DNA of 64,000 nt. Source: Nitrosopumilaceae archaeon (GTDB lineage Archaea; Thermoproteota; Nitrososphaeria; Nitrososphaerales; Nitrosopumilaceae). Below, one piece after another: positions 59,580-64,000 of the stretch. Position 1 is the stretch's first letter. The number at the start of each line of letters is the position of its first letter. Location of the stretch: positions 448,001-512,000 of the forward strand of contig CBDBCR010000003.1 in assembly GCA_965203465.1 (NCBI GenBank), given 5' to 3'. Made by a program: the position numbers and the translations under genes. The notes beneath the pieces are model-generated. The model searched no databases. It saw only the letters and a program-made list of their open reading frames with translations, and was not told the origin of the DNA.

Positions 59580-60259
59580 CCGAGGCTGCGCTCGTACTGC
59601 TCTACGGACTCGCGGATCTTTTCGGCCGTCGCGATGCCGCCGCGCCTCATGCGCGCGAACATCTCCGGGTACACGAACTCCCTTTCAGAGTACTGTAGTA
59701 TCAGGTCGTACCTGCCCTCGAAATAGTGGAGCACCTCGTCTGCGCCCGACGTGGCCTTGGCCTCCAGCCCGTAGGCGCGCGCGAGCACGTCGTGCTTCAG
59801 GCCCTTGGCCGAGTACCCGTTGACCGGCAGGTGCAGCTGGAGCAGGTCCGCGACCGCCGGCTTCCTGACCATGTAGTGGTGCACCCACCTGGGCTCGTTG
59901 ACGGAGCTGGCCAGCATCCTCTGGTACAGGAACGGGATGTCGAACGAGAGCACGTTGTGCCCGACGATGTTGAGCCTGCCTCCGCGCTTCTGCAGGTCCG
60001 AGACGACCCCGTAGAGCTCTTGCAGCACGGCGCGCTCGCCGCGCTCCCACTCCTTGAGGCGCACCGGCGGGGCGCCGCCGGCCTGGTACGTCACGAGAGC
60101 GACGCGCCCGTCGAACGGCGAGAGGGCCCCCAGCTTGTACTTCCAGTACAGCGAGCCGTCGGCCTCGGTGAGCCCGCCCTCCCGCTCCCTCGCGCGCAGC
60201 TCTAGGTACTGCCCCGGCTCAAAGTCGGGCACCGTCTCGATGTCCAGGAAAAAGTCCAC
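59576..60259 (-). CDS. RNase H-like 3'-5' exonuclease domain protein (DnaQ/PolB-exo related)
   Basis: FLDIETVP ExoI and GHNVLSFDIPFL ExoII motifs. Confidence 0.85.
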   Translation of the reverse strand: MDFFLDIETVPDFEPGQYLELRAREREGGLTEADGSLYWKYKLGALSPFDGRVALVTYQAGGAPPVRLKEWERGERAVLQELYGVVSDLQKRGGRLNIVGHNVLSFDIPFLYQRMLASSVNEPRWVHHYMVRKPAVADLLQLHLPVNGYSAKGLKHDVLARAYGLEAKATSGADEVLHYFEGRYDLILQYSEREFVYPEMFARMRRGGIATAEKIRESVEQYERSLG

Positions 60260-60319
60260 GCCCAAAGCCGGCGGCCCCGTATAAAAACAGAGGCCGGGCG
60301 CGCCGGCAGGCGCGCCCCA

Positions 60320-60394
60320 CGGGCCCGAAGGGATTCGAACCCCCGACCTAACGCTCCGCAAGCGTTCGCACTATCCATGCTATGCAACGAGCCC
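60320..60394 (-). tRNA. tRNA-Arg(GCG)
   Basis: GGGCTCG acceptor stem, AACGC-TT-GCG-GA-GCGTT anticodon arm, GTTCGAATC T-loop. Confidence 0.95.
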
Positions 60395-60416
60395 GTGCGC
60401 GGCGGCCCCCCGTGCC

Positions 60417-61118
60417 TTAATTACTATTGGCCTTGGCCACGAAGATGTAGTACATGGCCAGCGCGGCGATTATGCCGCCGGCCAGCGGCGCGGCCCAGTA
60501 CATCCAGTGAAAGTCCCAGTACCCGGACAGGAGCGCGGGCCCGAACGTGCGCGCGGGGTTGACCGAGGCGCCGGTCAGCGGTATGGCCACCAGGTGTATC
60601 AGGAACACCATGCCGCCTATGGCGAAGCCGGCCCAGCCGGGGGCCGCCTTTTTGTGGACGGCGGTCATGAATATGACCGTGACCAGAAAGAACGTCAGTA
60701 TCGCCTCGACCGCGAAGCCGGACGCCGCCGAGCCCGACAGGATCTCGCTCGGGCCCGGCTGCGTGCCCAAGTTGACGCGCTCTGCCAGGTCGGGCAGGAT
60801 GGAGCGCAGCGCGGCCGCGGCCACGACCGCGCCCGCCAGCTGCGAGACTACGTACATCGCGCCGTCGCGCACCCCTATCTGCCTCGTGACCATCATCGGT
60901 ATGGTCACGGCGGGGTTGATGTGAGCGCCCGAGACGTGGCCGAACGCGTATATCATCAGGCCGACGGCGCCGCCGTGCGCCAGCGATATGAACAGCACCG
61001 AGATCGTCGAGAGATCCTCGCCGAACGAGGCGACGGCCACTATTATAGAGAGCACGCCGAAAAAGACGAGGGCGAACGTCGAGATCCCCTCGGCTACCCA
61101 CGCCCTCGGATTTGCCAT
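60417..61118 (-). CDS. Aquaporin (MIP family)
   Basis: SGAHINPAVT and SVNPARTFGP NPA motifs. Confidence 0.95.
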   Translation of the reverse strand: MANPRAWVAEGISTFALVFFGVLSIIVAVASFGEDLSTISVLFISLAHGGAVGLMIYAFGHVSGAHINPAVTIPMMVTRQIGVRDGAMYVVSQLAGAVVAAAALRSILPDLAERVNLGTQPGPSEILSGSAASGFAVEAILTFFLVTVIFMTAVHKKAAPGWAGFAIGGMVFLIHLVAIPLTGASVNPARTFGPALLSGYWDFHWMYWAAPLAGGIIAALAMYYIFVAKANSN

Positions 61119-61286
61119 CGGCGGCCGCGCCCCGAGGTGCCCATTTAAAACATGCGCCCGTTCCGCCGTACTTTCACGTCGCTGCCCGCCGGATCCACGT
61201 CCGAGCAGGCCGCCCCCTCCATGGAAGAAAGATCTATCTCCACGGCTCCGCACGGTTTCCGTTCCTGATAAGGCACTAAAGCCGGG

Positions 61287-64000
61287 CTAATTCTGCGCGT
61301 TTATGTTCCTGTGCCCGAACAGCTCCTCGAAGAGCAGCGCGGCCCGGTGCTGCTCTGCCAGTACCGCCTCGCGGAGGCGCCGCTCGTCGGCCTCCAGGTC
61401 GGGCAGCTGCGGGGCCGGCGCCGGCGCGTCCGGCTCCGGTGCCGGCATCATGGAATCGAGCACCTTTTGGGCGGCCATCACCTGCGCGTACAGGTGGTCG
61501 CGGAACTCCGGGTCGCCGCGGTCGTAGCCCTGCTTGGGGATGCCGTCGTAGATGTACATGGACTCGTCGATGTCGTGGTACAGCCGCGACTGGTTGTACA
61601 GCGGCAGGTACTCGCCTTCCGGCGAGAGCTTGAACAGGTGCCCGTCGCCGTCGACGAGCACGTCCTCGCCCGACGACACGCGGTACAGCAGCATCCCGTC
61701 CACCTCGATCCCCGGCTGCGGGTCCATCGGCTCGCCCGATACCCGTATGCCGTGGTTGTAGTAGTTTTGCCACGAGTTCCTCTCCCTGTCCCAGACGTCG
61801 GTCCCCACGATGTCGAACTCGAGCGGCGCCCGGAACGTGTGGGTTATGGTCACCGAGAGGCACTCGAGCGAAGATCCCGCCGAGCATTCCACCACGTCGT
61901 GCGAGGCGGACAGCGTGTCCAGGTCGATGGCGCCGTCCGGATCTATGACAGAGACGGTCCCGATGTCGTCGAACGAAATGTCGTAGTTTACGACCGCCCT
62001 GCTCTCCGATATGACCTCGCCGGAGCGCAGCCCGAAGGCCAGCGAGACGTGCTCTACGTTGCCCGGCCCCTGGTTTTCGTACATCTTTAGCACCACGGTG
62101 TTTTGCTTGCCGACTTCGGATTCGATCAGCGGGTACGGGGTGAAAAAGTACGCCACGTCGGACGACAGTCCGTTGTACGCAAAGCCGCCGTCGACGAGTT
62201 TGGCGCCGTACTCGTCGTAGCCGAGCGTCGGCGGGGTGCAGTCGTCGCACTCCGAGCCGCCGCTCGGCGGCAGCGCGGGCCCGGTCCCCCATGCCGAAAA
62301 GTGGCTGGTCCAGACAGTCGAGCTCTCCCGCACGTAGCACGAGCCCGCGTCGGTCCCGTCCTGCCCCTCGAGGGAGGCCAAGTGCCCGGCAGCCTCGGCG
62401 TGCGTCGAGGAGCCGGTCAGATCCTCGGGGCACTCTTGTACAGCGAGGGTCTGCCCGCCGGTCACCACGAAGACCAGCTCTTGGAGAGGCGTCGAAAACT
62501 CTATGCGTGCCGGCAGCGACAGCTCGACGCGCCCGGCCGGATCGCCCACCTCTATCAGGGTCGCCGACTGCGAGGTGTCCAGCCTGTACGAGAACGCGTA
62601 GTCGTCGGACGGCACGGTGGAACTGGTGGCCGACATTGGCAGCGTCTGATCCGCGGGCAACCCGCCTACCTGCAGGCCGGCGGGCAGCACCACGGTGGCA
62701 GAGGCGAACATGACGGTCAGCCCGGAGCTGAACTCGGCGGTCTGCCCTCCGGCCGAGGCCACGCTGGCGGCCGGCGAGGCCGGATCGGGCAGCAGCGAGG
62801 CGTCGATGGCCACCGGCTGCCGGGCCACGACGGTGCTTACGATCGAGTCGGGCGGCAGCACCAGCTCCGTGCGACCGTCCCTGGCCGTGTCGCGCAATAC
62901 GACCGCCCCGTCGCGCGCGTCCGCCGGGACCAGCGACTTTGCGCCGCCGTTGAGCAGCGCGTTGCCCACCCTGTCGGTGACCCCGGAGACTTGGAAGTCG
63001 ATGCGGGTGCTGGACATCAGCTCGGCGTCGCTCTGGGCCAGCATGGCGAGTACAGAGGCGGTGCCCGAGCCGTGCACGAAAGAGGCTGCCGGCACCGAAG
63101 AGGCGCCGTACTCGAAGAGCGTATAGTCCGCAGCCGCGGTCACCACCGGCTCGGAGTAAAAGAGCGCTACGGAGCGCTGGCCGACAAGCGATATCTGATC
63201 TAGCTGCGGGGCCGTGTTGTCCACCAGGACGTTGGGGCCGGTCAGCCTCTCCTCTCCGAAGGTGACTGGCACCCCGTCGATCATCACCTCTATGCTGATG
63301 TCCAGCGGGCCGTCGGGGTCGGTCCCGCAGGCGGCCCACTCTGCGGCGAACTGCTTGGCCGGCGGGGTCGTCTCTTCGACCGAGCTTTCCGGGTTGGGGA
63401 GCGGGGGCTGCAGGGACGCGCTCCTGCCGTTTATCAGTACGTCGAACTCGCCCATGGTGAACGTCTCTTCGGCCCGGAACGAAATGTCCACCAAGGTCCT
63501 GGGCCTGTCCCCCTCCGGGACGCACACGCCCTCCCCGGATGTCAGGACGCGCTGGCCGCCCTGCAGCACCAGGGTGCCGGTCGGCTCGTAAGAGTCCCCG
63601 CCCGTGGCCATGCCCGAGGGGTGGCGCGAAGTCACCGTGAACTCCGTGACGGTCAGCGGCACCTCGTACTTTGGTATCGGTACGGCCTGCCCGCCGCGCA
63701 CCTGCAAGAGCTGGAACTCGGTGCCGGCCAAGTCCCCGTTGATATCGAGCGTGGTGTCCCCTATCAGGCCCGCGTGCCCGCGCGCGGCCGCCGGGATGTT
63801 TTCCAGCAGGGCAGAGGCGGCCGCCGAGTCGCCGAGCAGCACCGCCCTGCCCATCAGGTGGACCGAATCGTAGGCGGCGTACGTATAGATGCCAAAGTCG
63901 CGGTGCCCGTCGGGCAGCCTGGCAGATATCTCGCGCGTGACGCGATCGAACTGCGGGTGGTCGCGGTCGAACACGGCGTCCACGCTCGTGTACCGAACCT
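61287..64000 (-). CDS. Large surface protein (5'-truncated by the window): end of a LivK-like binding domain, Ig-like domains, C-terminal DCTPPTLG domain
   Basis: YTYAAYDSV...GLIGDTTLDINGDLA matches the binding-domain end of the 54796 protein; VDNTAP Ig-like motif; TSHFS and CDDCTPPTLG. Confidence 0.8.
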   Translation of the reverse strand, partial: VRYTSVDAVFDRDHPQFDRVTREISARLPDGHRDFGIYTYAAYDSVHLMGRAVLLGDSAAASALLENIPAAARGHAGLIGDTTLDINGDLAGTEFQLLQVRGGQAVPIPKYEVPLTVTEFTVTSRHPSGMATGGDSYEPTGTLVLQGGQRVLTSGEGVCVPEGDRPRTLVDISFRAEETFTMGEFDVLINGRSASLQPPLPNPESSVEETTPPAKQFAAEWAACGTDPDGPLDISIEVMIDGVPVTFGEERLTGPNVLVDNTAPQLDQISLVGQRSVALFYSEPVVTAAADYTLFEYGASSVPAASFVHGSGTASVLAMLAQSDAELMSSTRIDFQVSGVTDRVGNALLNGGAKSLVPADARDGAVVLRDTARDGRTELVLPPDSIVSTVVARQPVAIDASLLPDPASPAASVASAGGQTAEFSSGLTVMFASATVVLPAGLQVGGLPADQTLPMSATSSTVPSDDYAFSYRLDTSQSATLIEVGDPAGRVELSLPARIEFSTPLQELVFVVTGGQTLAVQECPEDLTGSSTHAEAAGHLASLEGQDGTDAGSCYVRESSTVWTSHFSAWGTGPALPPSGGSECDDCTPPTLGYDEYGAKLVDGGFAYNGLSSDVAYFFTPYPLIESEVGKQNTVVLKMYENQGPGNVEHVSLAFGLRSGEVISESRAVVNYDISFDDIGTVSVIDPDGAIDLDTLSASHDVVECSAGSSLECLSVTITHTFRAPLEFDIVGTDVWDRERNSWQNYYNHGIRVSGEPMDPQPGIEVDGMLLYRVSSGEDVLVDGDGHLFKLSPEGEYLPLYNQSRLYHDIDESMYIYDGIPKQGYDRGDPEFRDHLYAQVMAAQKVLDSMMPAPEPDAPAPAPQLPDLEADERRLREAVLAEQHRAALLFEELFGHRNINAQN

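Noticed and set aside
1294-63525. Many long Arg/Ala/Pro-rich overlapping ORFs
   Set aside because: Shadow frames typical of high-GC DNA; they overlap genes with clear motifs
1-64000. CRISPR array, rRNA genes, provirus or integrase at the tRNAs
   Set aside because: No regularly spaced repeats, rRNA signatures, viral hallmark genes or duplicated tRNA 3' ends were seen

Overview
High-GC archaeal genomic window. Gene content (TiaS, Csl4, Dph2, S3Ae, thermosome, chorismate mutase-aminotransferase fusion, CFI-box-type C-terminal anchors, leaderless genes with TATA boxes about 25 bp upstream) points to an ammonia-oxidising thaumarchaeon of the Nitrosopumilaceae; a Cenarchaeum-like host-associated lineage is plausible but is inference. 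The backbone is housekeeping (thiC, aroE-K-A-C/aminotransferase/tyrA, ahcY, metG, glmS, rps13/rps4, guaA/guaB, pheA, asd, livFGHM, cyoE, two tRNAs). It is punctuated by small, more AT-rich accessory islets: PIN and HicAB-like toxin-antitoxin modules, an AAA ATPase, a type II restriction-modification pair, an HD phosphohydrolase and a decayed IS6-like transposase. Most notable: (1) a family of MITE/IS5-like elements with shared terminal inverted repeats (about 10.8-11.5, 12.6-12.8 and 35.0-35.3 kb); (2) a two-gene surface-protein operon (beta-helix protein plus an Ig/solute-binding/CFI-box-anchored protein) with a G15 tract between TATA box and start codon, inside a 6.4 kb block bracketed by 42-bp direct repeats; (3) a LivFGHM transporter with no adjacent binding protein, while LivK-like domains sit inside large surface proteins; (4) many copies of the palindrome CGGATCCG; (5) four single-base frameshifts in otherwise intact genes. 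All family assignments come from motif recognition by eye; no database search was run.
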